This document shows positions 19,595 through 29,543 of a stretch of 64,000 nt of DNA, piece by piece. How positions within the stretch are numbered: position 1 is the first letter of the stretch; each line of letters opens with the position of its first letter. Origin of the DNA: a virus; the IMG/VR virus record IMGVR_UViG_3300042402_005180, positions 13,675 to 77,674 of that record, one strand, 5' to 3'. Under the pieces are notes generated by a model. That model was not told the origin of the DNA, made no database searches, and saw nothing but the letters and a program-made list of their open reading frames with translations. Position numbers and translations under genes: made by a program.

Positions 19595-20389
19595 ATGAAA
19601 ACAAAAGTCTGTAACGTGTGTAATATTGAAAAATCAGAATCTGAATACTATAAAAAAGGTTCTGGATTACAATATAGATGTAAACAATGTGTAAAAAATC
19701 ATATTAGGTATGAAAAATGTCCTAATTGTGATAGACAAAAAAGATTAGAAGCTGAATTATGTTCTATATGCTCTAAGCAGTCTCAGAGAGAAGTATATTC
19801 AGAAGAATTAATAAATCAAGTAATTGATCTTTATACTTCAGGGCTATCTACTTGGAAAATTGCCAACCAATTAGGTAGTTATCAGGTGAAGATAGTAAGA
19901 ATTCTTCACAGAAATAATATTAAGTTAAGAAATAATGATTTTGTAAATAACGGTAAATATAGAGAAGATAATCCAGCTTGGAAAGGATACAAATTAATAA
20001 GTGGGGGATATTTTGCGTCAATTAAAAGATCCGCAGATTCCAGAAATCTAGAATTTGATATTAATATTGAATATCTAAATGAACTATTTGAGCTTCAAAA
20101 TGGGAAATGCGCAATATCTGGATTAGACATTATACTTCCTAGAAGCGATGAAAGTAGATCAACTGGAGAATATACTGCATCATTAGATCGGAAAAATTCT
20201 AATTTAGGTTATATTAAAAATAATTTACAATGGGTTCATAAATGGGTTAATAAAATGAAGCAAAATTTACAAGAAGATGAATTTTTATATTTATGTAGCT
20301 TGATAACAGATAATAATAAAGATAAAATAAAAGAAGTTGATATTAATACTTTAATGCAATATAAAAGGAGAAATAAAATTGGCACTTAA
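19595..20389 (+). CDS. HNH-type homing endonuclease (Zn fingers + HTH + HNH)
   Basis: CNVC..CKQC..CPNC..CSIC, HTH GLSTWKIANQLG, NPAWKG, CAISG..SLDRKNS..GY..NNLQWVH..VN.MK; AGGAG RBS before ATG 19595. Confidence 0.8.
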   Translation: MKTKVCNVCNIEKSESEYYKKGSGLQYRCKQCVKNHIRYEKCPNCDRQKRLEAELCSICSKQSQREVYSEELINQVIDLYTSGLSTWKIANQLGSYQVKIVRILHRNNIKLRNNDFVNNGKYREDNPAWKGYKLISGGYFASIKRSADSRNLEFDINIEYLNELFELQNGKCAISGLDIILPRSDESRSTGEYTASLDRKNSNLGYIKNNLQWVHKWVNKMKQNLQEDEFLYLCSLITDNNKDKIKEVDINTLMQYKRRNKIGT

Positions 20390-21086
20390 TACGTATCGTG
20401 ACTATTGTGTTATGGACCTAGAAACCTCTGGTAAAAACCCTAATGGTTGTCAGATCACTCAAATTGCGGCTGTGGTAATCCACGGCAAGAAATTGACTCT
20501 CCAGCCCGGAGGAATCTTCAACATTGAAGTAAGGCCCGAATTTGACGACGAGAAGGCCATTGCTGCCGGATTCGATCCAGTAGAGCAAGAGGCTCTTGAT
20601 ATAACACGTAAAACTCGTGAACAGCTCGAAAAGGCGATTGGGCCAAAAGAAGCGTGGAGTCAGTTTGTAAACTTTGTAAATAAGTTCAACGCTAAAGGCA
20701 GTCCTTATTTTGCACCAATTCCCGTAGGATATAATATTAATAATTTCGATTTACCAATAGTCGAAAGATACTGTCGTATTTATGGACCAAAAGAGGAAAA
20801 AACTGGAAGACAAAAATTATTTAATCCTATTTTTAAAGTTGATATGATGGATAATCTATTTATGTGGTTTGAAGATCATAGCGCTGTTCAAAAATTAAAT
20901 TTAGGTTATTTACGAGATTTCTTTGGGTTTCCAGAAAAGAGCAAAGCAAATGCTCACGATGCTCTTTATGATGTTGTAGATACTGCAAATCTTTTTATTA
21001 AGTTTCTTAAATATCACAGAAAACACAGCGAAAAAACTAAATTTGAAAAATCATTTGCCGACATTAAAATGGATATTGAACTATGA
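20379..21086 (+). CDS. dnaQ: DnaQ/epsilon-like DEDDh 3'-5' exonuclease
   Basis: DLETSG, GYN..NFD, HDALYD. Confidence 0.88.
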   Translation: MALNTYRDYCVMDLETSGKNPNGCQITQIAAVVIHGKKLTLQPGGIFNIEVRPEFDDEKAIAAGFDPVEQEALDITRKTREQLEKAIGPKEAWSQFVNFVNKFNAKGSPYFAPIPVGYNINNFDLPIVERYCRIYGPKEEKTGRQKLFNPIFKVDMMDNLFMWFEDHSAVQKLNLGYLRDFFGFPEKSKANAHDALYDVVDTANLFIKFLKYHRKHSEKTKFEKSFADIKMDIEL

Positions 21087-21310
21087 AAATTAAATCAATT
21101 GAAAAATATTCGCATTTCATAATTGAAATGGAAGATGGTAAAATTTATAAATATGTCCCGGACCAATCAAAGCAAACTCATTGGGGAGAGTGGTTTCTTG
21201 ATTTTGACGGTCATTATATAAAAGTGATTAATGAAGAAAAAATTAATCAACTAAAAGACGCTTATATTGAACATGTTGACTATATAATCTCTTGTGGAGC
21301 ATACCAGTGA
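21083..21310 (+). CDS. hypothetical protein
   Basis: Coupled ORF. Confidence 0.6.
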   Translation: MKIKSIEKYSHFIIEMEDGKIYKYVPDQSKQTHWGEWFLDFDGHYIKVINEEKINQLKDAYIEHVDYIISCGAYQ

Positions 21311-22881
21311 CTCAAGATTTTGATATTGATAATTTTGAAGACATTGCAACATGGGAATTAATTAGCAGTGGCAAAACTAAAGGTGTATTCCAGCTAGAAT
21401 CTAAATTGGGTTCTAGTTGGGCCAAGCGAGTTAAGCCACGTAATATTGAAGAGCTGGCAGATTTAATTTCAATTATTCGTCCGGGAACTCTTGAGGCGGA
21501 ACTTGAAGGAAAGTCTATGACTAAACACTATGTTGATCGCAAGTGGAAAATAGACGAGACTAAATATTTACATTCTGCCCTTGAGCCATTACTTGGTAGT
21601 ACATATGGCATTATCGTATATCAAGAACAGGCGATGAAAATTGCAACTGCTCTTGCTGGATTTACCCCAGAAGAAGCAGATTCGCTTCGCAAGGCGATGG
21701 GTAAAAAAGATGCTGCTCTTATGAATGAAGTGGGACAGAAATTTATTAAAGGCTGCGAAGCAAAAGGAATTGTTGATGCAGCATCCGCAGCACAAATCTT
21801 TAACTGGATTCAGGCTTCAGCCCGATATTCATTTAATAAAAGCCACGCAGTTGCTTATGCTATTAATTCTTTTCGCTCTGCTTACTGTAAAGTCCATCGT
21901 CCATTAAAATTCTATGAGAAATATCTTAATCATGCTCATAACAAACCGGATAAGCAAAAGGAAATAAAAGAACTTATTATGGATGCTAAATTATCTGGCA
22001 TTGAAGTTTACCCTCCAAGATTAAATAATTTACATAGAACTTTTACTCGTGATGGAAGCAAAGGTATTATATACTTTGGATATAGCAATGTAAAAAGTGT
22101 TGGTGAGGGAGAACAGGAAAAAATCGAAGCGGTTATTACTGATGCGGTTAAAAGTTCAAATAAGCCGATTTCAGAATTTAACTGGCTTGATTCTTTGTTT
22201 TATATCGGCAATGAAATTAAAAAGAACGCATTTATTTCACTTATTAGCGTTGGAACTTTTTCAGGAAAAAACAACGCTTTAACTAGAAATCAAATGATGT
22301 TTGAATTTGATATTTGGTCAAAATTAACAGTAAAAGAACAGACTTGGATTATCAATAATCGAAACAGTAGTAATTGCTTAAAAAGTTTAGTTCAAAAAAT
22401 GATAAATGAAAATGAGAAAATCAATTCTAGAAGAATGGCGTCTGTATTAGATATTTATCAAGCTCTTGAAAATCCGCCATATTCTTTGGAAGACGATTAT
22501 GCATGGATAGCAGAAACAGAACAAAAATTAATGGGCTGTGCTTTAACATGCTCTACTGTTGATATGTCATGTAGTGATGTTAATATTACTTGTGCAGAAA
22601 TTGCAAATGGTGAAGTTAAGAGTATAAAAGATGCTTGTTTAGGAGTTAGAATTAATGAAGTAAAAGAATATACGATTAAACGTGGAAATTCAATTGGAAA
22701 AATCATGGGATTTGTAAGTGCAGAAGACTGGAGCGGGGAGCTTGATTCCATAACATTTTTTTCTGATGAATTTGAAAAATATAAAAAGTTGCTTTTTATC
22801 GGAAACACGCTATTATTATATGGTGAGGTTCAAGAGAAAAGGGACAAATCCTTTGTAGTTAAACATGCAGAACAAATTTAG
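21307..22881 (+). CDS. dnaE: DNA polymerase III alpha, C-terminal part (fingers, HhH, OB)
   Basis: GKTKGVFQLES, IRPG, TYGIIVYQEQ, LRKAMGKK, YSFNKSHAVAY, OB-fold MGFVSAED; GTG start 21307 after GGAG. Confidence 0.92.
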   Translation: MTQDFDIDNFEDIATWELISSGKTKGVFQLESKLGSSWAKRVKPRNIEELADLISIIRPGTLEAELEGKSMTKHYVDRKWKIDETKYLHSALEPLLGSTYGIIVYQEQAMKIATALAGFTPEEADSLRKAMGKKDAALMNEVGQKFIKGCEAKGIVDAASAAQIFNWIQASARYSFNKSHAVAYAINSFRSAYCKVHRPLKFYEKYLNHAHNKPDKQKEIKELIMDAKLSGIEVYPPRLNNLHRTFTRDGSKGIIYFGYSNVKSVGEGEQEKIEAVITDAVKSSNKPISEFNWLDSLFYIGNEIKKNAFISLISVGTFSGKNNALTRNQMMFEFDIWSKLTVKEQTWIINNRNSSNCLKSLVQKMINENEKINSRRMASVLDIYQALENPPYSLEDDYAWIAETEQKLMGCALTCSTVDMSCSDVNITCAEIANGEVKSIKDACLGVRINEVKEYTIKRGNSIGKIMGFVSAEDWSGELDSITFFSDEFEKYKKLLFIGNTLLLYGEVQEKRDKSFVVKHAEQI

Positions 22882-22891
22882 GAGTTGAATA

Positions 22892-23215
22892 ATGAATGTT
22901 TGTTGTTTTATTGGAAAATTGGTTAATGATCCAGAGCTAAGGGAAATCAATGAAACTTATGTTGTAAATTTTTCTTTAGCCGTAGAGGACTATAGAAAAG
23001 ACAAAGAAGGTGAAAAGCATAGAAGAATTGATTTTTTAGATTTTGAAGCATGGGATAGCGGAGCAACTACTATCGCCAAACATTTTAAAAAGGGCGATAT
23101 GATGGCAATTGAAGCAGAAGCTAGGCAGCACAAGTGGACATCTAATGATCAAAAGCGTCAAAAAATTGTTTTCAGAGTAAAAACTTTTAAATCTTCAGGA
23201 TGCAAAACGGAATAA
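22892..23215 (+). CDS. ssb: single-stranded DNA-binding protein (no acidic tail)
   Basis: MN....IGKLVNDPELR...FSLAV...DFLD..AW...FKKG. Confidence 0.9.
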   Translation: MNVCCFIGKLVNDPELREINETYVVNFSLAVEDYRKDKEGEKHRRIDFLDFEAWDSGATTIAKHFKKGDMMAIEAEARQHKWTSNDQKRQKIVFRVKTFKSSGCKTE

Positions 23216-23218
23216 AAT

Positions 23219-24868
23219 ATGAGAAAAAGAAAAGTATTATTTGTAACAGAGGCATCTTTTATGCCGACTGGATATTCAGTTTATACAAAAGAAGTTTTAT
23301 CAAGACTTCATAAGCATCCAGAATTAGAAGTTGCAGAACTGGCGTGTTTTACAACTCAAAAAGCAGAAGAAATTAAATCAGTTCCTTGGAAAGTATATGC
23401 CAATGTTCCTGATCCAGAGAATCAAGAACATAACAATATATATAATTCTAGCATGACAAATAAGTTTGGAGATTTTACATTTAATCATGTATTAATAGAT
23501 TTTCAGCCAGATTTTGTTATGGATATTCGTGACTGGTGGATGCTGGAATTTGAAGAGAGATCTCCATTTAGAGACTTCTTTAACTGGGCTATAATGCCAA
23601 CAGTTGATGCAGAGCCACAAAATATTTCATGGATTGATACATATTCTACTGCTGATGCGGTTTTTTCATATTCTGAATTTGGTAGAGATACCATGCTTCA
23701 ACAGTCAAAAAATATAAATTTTATAGATGTAGCATCTCCTTGCGCAAGTAATAGCTTTCATCCTATAAAAGATAAAAAAGCTCTAAGAAATGAATTTGGA
23801 CTAAAGGACGATATTACTATTTTTGGAACAGTTATGCGCAACCAAAGACGCAAATTGTATCCAGATTTATTTAAGGCATTTAGATTATTCTTAAATGAAA
23901 ACCCCTCACTAACAAATGTATATCTATATTGCCATACAGCATATCCAGATGTTGGTTGGGATATTCCAGATTTAATTAAAGAAAATGAACTGGGTAATAA
24001 AGTTTTACTAACTTATAAGTGCAGAAAGTGCAATAAGATCAGTTCTCTATTCTTTAATGATGCTGTTACATTTTGCAATTCATGCGGAGCATATGCTTCA
24101 TGCCCAGTCGGAATTCAAAATAAAATTGAAGAAAGCGATCTTAATAAAGTTTACAATCTTTTTGATGTATATATTCAATGGGCAAATAGCGAAGGTTGGG
24201 GAATGCCCCAACTTGAAGCAGCTCATGCGGGGCTTCCAATAGTCTCTGTTCACTACTCTGCTATGCAGTCTCTTATTGATAATATCGAAGGAATTGGAAT
24301 TAAGCCAATCGGATTTTATAAAGAGCTAGAAACAGGATGCATGAGAGCAGTGCCTGATAATCAATCTTTAGCTAATATAATTCGTGATTTATCAGTAGAT
24401 ACAGCTAAGAGAAATTATATAGCAAATAAGTGCTATGTTAATTCAAAAAATATTTACGATTGGGATTTTACTGCAAATAAATGGTTGAAGTATTTCTTAG
24501 CAGCTCCATTAAAAGATCCTAAGACAACTTGGCTTTCTCCTCCTAGATTTTTTAATCCAGCAAGAGAAGTTCCTGAGCAAGTAAAAAATATTTCAATTGC
24601 CGATCAAGTAAATTGGCTATTTATGAATGTACTTGGAAAACCAGAACTTTTAAATAAAAGCATATGGAAGCGAATGTGTAAAGATCTGATTTATAGATCA
24701 ACAATGTCGTCTATTATACCGGGTTATTATTATAACGAGTATTCTCATCCAGATATGGAGAAAAGATTTGAAGAGTTTAACATTCAAAAGGCTTTTGAAA
24801 ATTGTTTGAACATGAGAAATTCTATTAATGAATGGGAAAAAGTAAGAGTTCAAAGGATTAGCAAATGA
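23219..24868 (+). CDS. GT-B (GT4-like) glycosyltransferase with inserted zinc finger
   Basis: TGYS, RNQRRK, EGWGMPQLEA; CRKC...CNSC insertion. Confidence 0.88.
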   Translation: MRKRKVLFVTEASFMPTGYSVYTKEVLSRLHKHPELEVAELACFTTQKAEEIKSVPWKVYANVPDPENQEHNNIYNSSMTNKFGDFTFNHVLIDFQPDFVMDIRDWWMLEFEERSPFRDFFNWAIMPTVDAEPQNISWIDTYSTADAVFSYSEFGRDTMLQQSKNINFIDVASPCASNSFHPIKDKKALRNEFGLKDDITIFGTVMRNQRRKLYPDLFKAFRLFLNENPSLTNVYLYCHTAYPDVGWDIPDLIKENELGNKVLLTYKCRKCNKISSLFFNDAVTFCNSCGAYASCPVGIQNKIEESDLNKVYNLFDVYIQWANSEGWGMPQLEAAHAGLPIVSVHYSAMQSLIDNIEGIGIKPIGFYKELETGCMRAVPDNQSLANIIRDLSVDTAKRNYIANKCYVNSKNIYDWDFTANKWLKYFLAAPLKDPKTTWLSPPRFFNPAREVPEQVKNISIADQVNWLFMNVLGKPELLNKSIWKRMCKDLIYRSTMSSIIPGYYYNEYSHPDMEKRFEEFNIQKAFENCLNMRNSINEWEKVRVQRISK

Positions 24869-25947
24869 AGATAAAATATATTGGAAATTTTAATGATGGC
24901 ACAGGGTGGGCAAAAGCTGCTACATATAATGCTCTTGCTCTTGCCTCTGCTGGACATGATATATATTGCGAAGAATTTAAATATAATCAAATGTCAGTTA
25001 TGCTAGAGCCTGAAATTCAAAATTTAACAGAAAAAAAATCTGATAAATATGATGCTGTAGTTTATCACTTATTGCCTACTGATTATAGATATGATTCATC
25101 TGTAAAAAATATTGGTTTTGTTTCTTTGGAGACTCTGACTTTATCATCTGTTCCTTGGCTTAAAAAAATTAGCATGATGGATGAGATTTGGGTTCCAAAT
25201 AACGCATCTAAACGGTGTCTTATTAATTCTGGAATTGAAAACGATAAAATTAAAGTTTTTCCACATACTTTTAATTTTTATAAAACTTTGGAAGTGGCTC
25301 AAAATAGCAAAACACAAAAAGAACTTAGCGGCACTTTTAATTTTGTTTTTAACGGGGAATTCACTAAAAGAAAAAATTTAGAAGCTCTTTTATTTGCGTT
25401 TCATAATGAATTTGATTTTATTGAGCCTGTAAATGTATTTATAAAAACATCAAAAAATCCAAATCAGGTAATTGATTTTTGCAATGCTGTAAAAACAAGA
25501 ATGAAAAAAAGAGGCAAGTACAAGAGTGAAATAGTGGCAACCGGATATATGAGCGAAGCTGATTTATTCGGGGTCATCAAAAACTGTCATGCGTTTGTTA
25601 TGCCAAGCTATGGAGAAGCGTGGTGCTATCCCGCACTTGAAGCAATGACATTTGGAATTCCTCCTATTTATACAAAAGGAATCGGAATAGAAGATTTTGA
25701 TAGTTCAGGATTTTTTGTTGATTCCAGAGTTACTCCTTGTTATGGCGCAAATGATACATTCGACTTTTTATATACATCGGATGATTTCTGGCTTGAAATT
25801 GATATAATGGACTTACAAAAAAAACTAAGACAAGTTTATGAGCTACAAGCCAATCCGAAAGAATTTAACTCGCTTAAAGAAATATGCACTATGCGTGCTA
25901 AACAATTTCATTTTACAAATACAGAAATTACCAGAGGAATTATATGA
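24865..25947 (+). CDS. GT-B (GT4-like) glycosyltransferase
   Basis: TGWAKA, DEIWVPN, RKNL, PSYGEAWCYPALEAM. Confidence 0.88.
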   Translation: MKIKYIGNFNDGTGWAKAATYNALALASAGHDIYCEEFKYNQMSVMLEPEIQNLTEKKSDKYDAVVYHLLPTDYRYDSSVKNIGFVSLETLTLSSVPWLKKISMMDEIWVPNNASKRCLINSGIENDKIKVFPHTFNFYKTLEVAQNSKTQKELSGTFNFVFNGEFTKRKNLEALLFAFHNEFDFIEPVNVFIKTSKNPNQVIDFCNAVKTRMKKRGKYKSEIVATGYMSEADLFGVIKNCHAFVMPSYGEAWCYPALEAMTFGIPPIYTKGIGIEDFDSSGFFVDSRVTPCYGANDTFDFLYTSDDFWLEIDIMDLQKKLRQVYELQANPKEFNSLKEICTMRAKQFHFTNTEITRGII

Positions 25948-26363
25948 AAGTTTATATTGGAAACAGATCGGTTGACTCGCCAGAATATAAAAACTTAACA
26001 GAAGTTGAAATGCTCAAGTATATCGCTGATGATTCTGAATGCACTTCTATTATACTAGATGGGGTTTTAAAAGGTCTGGCAATTAGTGAAATCCCACCAG
26101 TTTTAAATTTAATAGTTAGTAAGCTCAGAAATAAGGGCGAAATTATTATTAATGATTTGGATTTTGATCTTCTTGTATTTGCTCATAGAAAACAAAATAA
26201 TTTGTTTGAATTGAATAAAATGGTTGAAAGTTTTGGGGGATTTAAGTCATTTATAACTTATGAATTAATTTCCGATGTAATGAAAAATTTTAACAACATT
26301 CAACTTTTATCTATTAATATAGACAACTTGGAATTTAGACTTACATATCAGAAATCACTATGA
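25944..26363 (+). CDS. degenerate class I methyltransferase-like protein
   Basis: SECTSIILDGVL...VLNLIVSKLRNKGEIIINDLDF resembles a Methyltransf_11 core, but lacks the GxG SAM motif. Confidence 0.4.
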   Translation: MKVYIGNRSVDSPEYKNLTEVEMLKYIADDSECTSIILDGVLKGLAISEIPPVLNLIVSKLRNKGEIIINDLDFDLLVFAHRKQNNLFELNKMVESFGGFKSFITYELISDVMKNFNNIQLLSINIDNLEFRLTYQKSL

Positions 26364-27082
26364 ATATAAATATATTTTCTTGCGAAAACTGCTGCAATGC
26401 TAAAATGCAAAACGAAAATCAAGTCGGTTGCAATTTAGATAAACTAAAAAAAATACCACACGCTTTTAACGAAACTAATAAATTTTTTGATTTACAGAAA
26501 GTTTGTCAGTATAAAAATAAAACAGAAGATGAGATTTTTATTAAGTTTGGATATATTTTTATACTTGACGATAAAGATAATCTAGATATCTTAAAAGAAA
26601 ATATAAAAGCAGTTGTAAAACTAAAGCCAATGTGGATAGGAATAAGTAATGACTTTCCAGAAATTGGAAACGAAATAAACGACCAATTAGTTAATTGTCA
26701 AATTCCATATAATATTATTTCAAACTATGAAAAAATAGCGGGAGATATTTATAGACTTGATCAATTCATGAACAGCTATAAAAACGGATGGACTTTTGTA
26801 AATATTGCTGGAAAAGAACTAGATACAAATCTATTAAACGTGTTAAATGGATATGTAAATGATTTTAATTCATTAGGTCTAGTAACCCATGATTGCGATT
26901 CTATAAATGGATTTGCATTTTTTAACATGATTTTTAAATATTTAAAGGGCAACTATCCATCTATCCTAGATGATGAAACAGTAGTAGAAAAAACTTTTAT
27001 TGAAAAAATTATGGAAACATCACCACAAATGAAAAAGAATTGGAAGGATTTATATGAAGTCTACAGTAATTCTAGCAGTTAA
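26360..27082 (+). CDS. hypothetical protein (possible degenerate GT-A fold)
   Basis: Cys-rich N-terminus; located in the glycosylation cluster. Confidence 0.45.
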   Translation: MNINIFSCENCCNAKMQNENQVGCNLDKLKKIPHAFNETNKFFDLQKVCQYKNKTEDEIFIKFGYIFILDDKDNLDILKENIKAVVKLKPMWIGISNDFPEIGNEINDQLVNCQIPYNIISNYEKIAGDIYRLDQFMNSYKNGWTFVNIAGKELDTNLLNVLNGYVNDFNSLGLVTHDCDSINGFAFFNMIFKYLKGNYPSILDDETVVEKTFIEKIMETSPQMKKNWKDLYEVYSNSSS

Positions 27083-27656
27083 TGATCAAGAAAATATTGC
27101 CGCTTCTATACTAAGCGTATTAGAAAGTAATAAAAAGCCTGATAATTTTTGTATTGCACTAAATGAATCTAGCTCAGATAAAGTAAAAGCAGTAGTAACT
27201 TCGTTTTTTAAAAGCTGTTGTGATGGGTCTTTTTATACAGAAGAACACAACAAAGATTTTGTGCTTTCAAAGAAAAATGATTTTGAAATTAATATGATTA
27301 GTATATTATCAAAAAATCCTATTGCGGACTGCTATGACTATATTAAAAATGAGACAGATATATTTTTTACAATGGGCCATAAAACAGTTTATAAAAAAGA
27401 ATATATTGAAAGAGTATTAGATTTATTTGATAATATTACTGGAGCTGTTTATACTGATTTTTATATAAATGGCAGAAGAACATATCTGGAATCAATGCAT
27501 CCTTTTAATAGCAATCTTAATAATGTTCAAGAGTTAGCTTTTAAGAAAGAAATTCTAGATGCTACACCCAAGTTTTTTCACGCTCCAGAAATTATATCAA
27601 AAGCATATTCAAAATCAATTATAAGAAATATTCCAGAAGCATTGTATTTACTATGA
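27054..27656 (+). CDS. GT2-like protein, DxD motif apparently lost
   Basis: STVILAVND..NIAASILSVL N-terminus; DIFFTMGHKTVY at the DxD position; GAVYTDF. Confidence 0.5.
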   Translation: MKSTVILAVNDQENIAASILSVLESNKKPDNFCIALNESSSDKVKAVVTSFFKSCCDGSFYTEEHNKDFVLSKKNDFEINMISILSKNPIADCYDYIKNETDIFFTMGHKTVYKKEYIERVLDLFDNITGAVYTDFYINGRRTYLESMHPFNSNLNNVQELAFKKEILDATPKFFHAPEIISKAYSKSIIRNIPEALYLL

Positions 27657-28351
27657 ATAAGCATATAAGAAAAATTAAGGGGAAGAACTTCTCTGATTTG
27701 CAAATATGTGTTCTTGCCGCTGGAATAGGAGCAAGGACAAAATCTTATGAGCCAAGATGTCTATTAAAATATGATGGAAAAATCATTTTAGATAATCAAA
27801 TAGATGTTTTATCAGAAGTTTTTCCTAAAGCTGAATTAAGTATTGTTGGTGGATATGATATTAACAGGATAATAAAAAAAAATAATAAAAGAGCAAGGAT
27901 AATTGAAAATCAAATATATCAAGATACTAATAGCGGCGAAAGTTTAAAATTAGCTGTTAACAACTCTTTATTAGAAAATATGATATTTATTCATGGTGAT
28001 CTAGTTATATCCACTGAAATTTTTAATTATGTAACAATGGAAAATTCTTTCATACTTACTGATAGTCGAAATAAATTTGAAGAAAAAGAAGTGGGAGTAA
28101 CTATTGTTAATGGTTATGCAACTGTGCTATCTTATAATTTGCCAACAAAATGGTGTCAAATAGCATATCTAGGAACAAACGAGCTTAATATTTTTAAAAA
28201 GCTATTAAGTAAACAAGACTTCAACACTAAATATTTGCTAACATTTGAAATATTAAATAAGATTTTAGAGAATGGTGGATCTTTTAAGTGTTTTGATATA
28301 GGAAACGGGTTCATAAAAGAAATAGATAATTTAAAGGACATTAGCCAATGA
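27653..28351 (+). CDS. NTP-transferase (LicC/sugar-phosphate nucleotidyltransferase-like)
   Basis: VLAAGIGARTKSYEPRCLL, IVGGY, N..Y..TNSGESL, FIHGDL. Confidence 0.85.
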   Translation: MNKHIRKIKGKNFSDLQICVLAAGIGARTKSYEPRCLLKYDGKIILDNQIDVLSEVFPKAELSIVGGYDINRIIKKNNKRARIIENQIYQDTNSGESLKLAVNNSLLENMIFIHGDLVISTEIFNYVTMENSFILTDSRNKFEEKEVGVTIVNGYATVLSYNLPTKWCQIAYLGTNELNIFKKLLSKQDFNTKYLLTFEILNKILENGGSFKCFDIGNGFIKEIDNLKDISQ

Positions 28352-29100
28352 AATTGTTAGTAGATAAAACTTTAATATCATATGCAACTCCAGTTGTATT
28401 TTCTGGATTTTCAGCGTCTCAACATAATAGTCAGATCATGTCAACCTTTGATACATTTGATTCGTATGAGCCAGATATTTATTTAGCCGATCCAGATCTT
28501 TTAAATAATACAACGTATAAAGCTCTTGAAGAAAGGCCGCACTTAAGAGTTTGTGTAATCCAAAAAGAAGGAACTGAACATCCTAAAAAAGCGGAATTTA
28601 AAGAAAGATTTGGAAATCTATACGAATGGATTATCGATTCGGGACATGGCGATTTATATTTATATAGTAACCCATCTTTTATAGAAGAATATAAATCTGA
28701 CCTAGTTTCAATTGAAAATGGTATAAAAGATTTCTTAGAAAACTTAGAAATCCCCGATTCACTAGTATTTAGAATTTTTTCAAATCAACTAATCTATAAT
28801 AAAAGATATTGCGGAATAGTACCAGAGCCAGTCAACAAAAATATTTATAAATCATCAAAATATAGCATTTCTTTAAATAGCAATACGTATAATTCATTAC
28901 TATGTGATTGCTATCCAATTAAACCCGAAGAGTTCACTATCGATACTCTGTACACTGATAAGCAAAAAGAAGTAAAAGAATTAAAAGAAAAAGTTATTGA
29001 AGAAAAGACAAATTTTCATTTCGTAGCAAATATTTTAAACATTTTAGGGCTTGATAAAGAATCAAAAATAATTTTATATAAAATGAAGGAGCTTCTATGA
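28348..29100 (+). CDS. hypothetical protein (possibly CgeB/GT-B-like)
   Basis: FDSYEPDIYL; YKSSKYSISLN near the C-terminus; cluster context. Confidence 0.4.
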   Translation: MKLLVDKTLISYATPVVFSGFSASQHNSQIMSTFDTFDSYEPDIYLADPDLLNNTTYKALEERPHLRVCVIQKEGTEHPKKAEFKERFGNLYEWIIDSGHGDLYLYSNPSFIEEYKSDLVSIENGIKDFLENLEIPDSLVFRIFSNQLIYNKRYCGIVPEPVNKNIYKSSKYSISLNSNTYNSLLCDCYPIKPEEFTIDTLYTDKQKEVKELKEKVIEEKTNFHFVANILNILGLDKESKIILYKMKELL

Positions 29101-29543
29101 ATATTGGATTTATTGTAAATAATCTTGCAAACTCGGAACAAACTTGCGAAATTTTCAATTTAGTAAACAAGATTTCTTTGGGGAGTAATAAGTATATTCC
29201 ACAAATATTTTTTCAAAATGTATTAAATCAAGTGTTACCGCCTCCTTGTTTATGCATGAACATTACAGGGATTTCCAACTTTAAAGGAAAAGCAGTTGCT
29301 TTTGGATTAGACTCTGCTCAGGTTCTTTTCAACAACAATGCTAATACAGAAAACTGGCTAGTGTTATGGGACTTGCCTTGGTTATATAATTCTATAAATT
29401 ATCCTGTTTGTATAAACCTAATGAAAAAATTTAAATTAGTAGTACGAAGCGAAGACCATAAAGAAATCGTTAAAAATTTTACAGGCAGAGATGATATTTT
29501 AATTGCTAAAAATTCGGATGAGTTATTAAAATGTTTGATATAA
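29097..29543 (+). CDS. hypothetical protein (possible GT-B N-lobe fragment)
   Basis: MNIGFIVNNL..., LWDLPW; cluster context. Confidence 0.4.
   Translation: MNIGFIVNNLANSEQTCEIFNLVNKISLGSNKYIPQIFFQNVLNQVLPPPCLCMNITGISNFKGKAVAFGLDSAQVLFNNNANTENWLVLWDLPWLYNSINYPVCINLMKKFKLVVRSEDHKEIVKNFTGRDDILIAKNSDELLKCLI

Noticed and set aside
19250-21400. Split intein or group I intron joining the DnaE halves
   Set aside because: No Cys/Ser-start or His-Asn-end intein motifs. The gap holds four coupled ORFs including dnaQ, leaving almost no non-coding room for an intron core.
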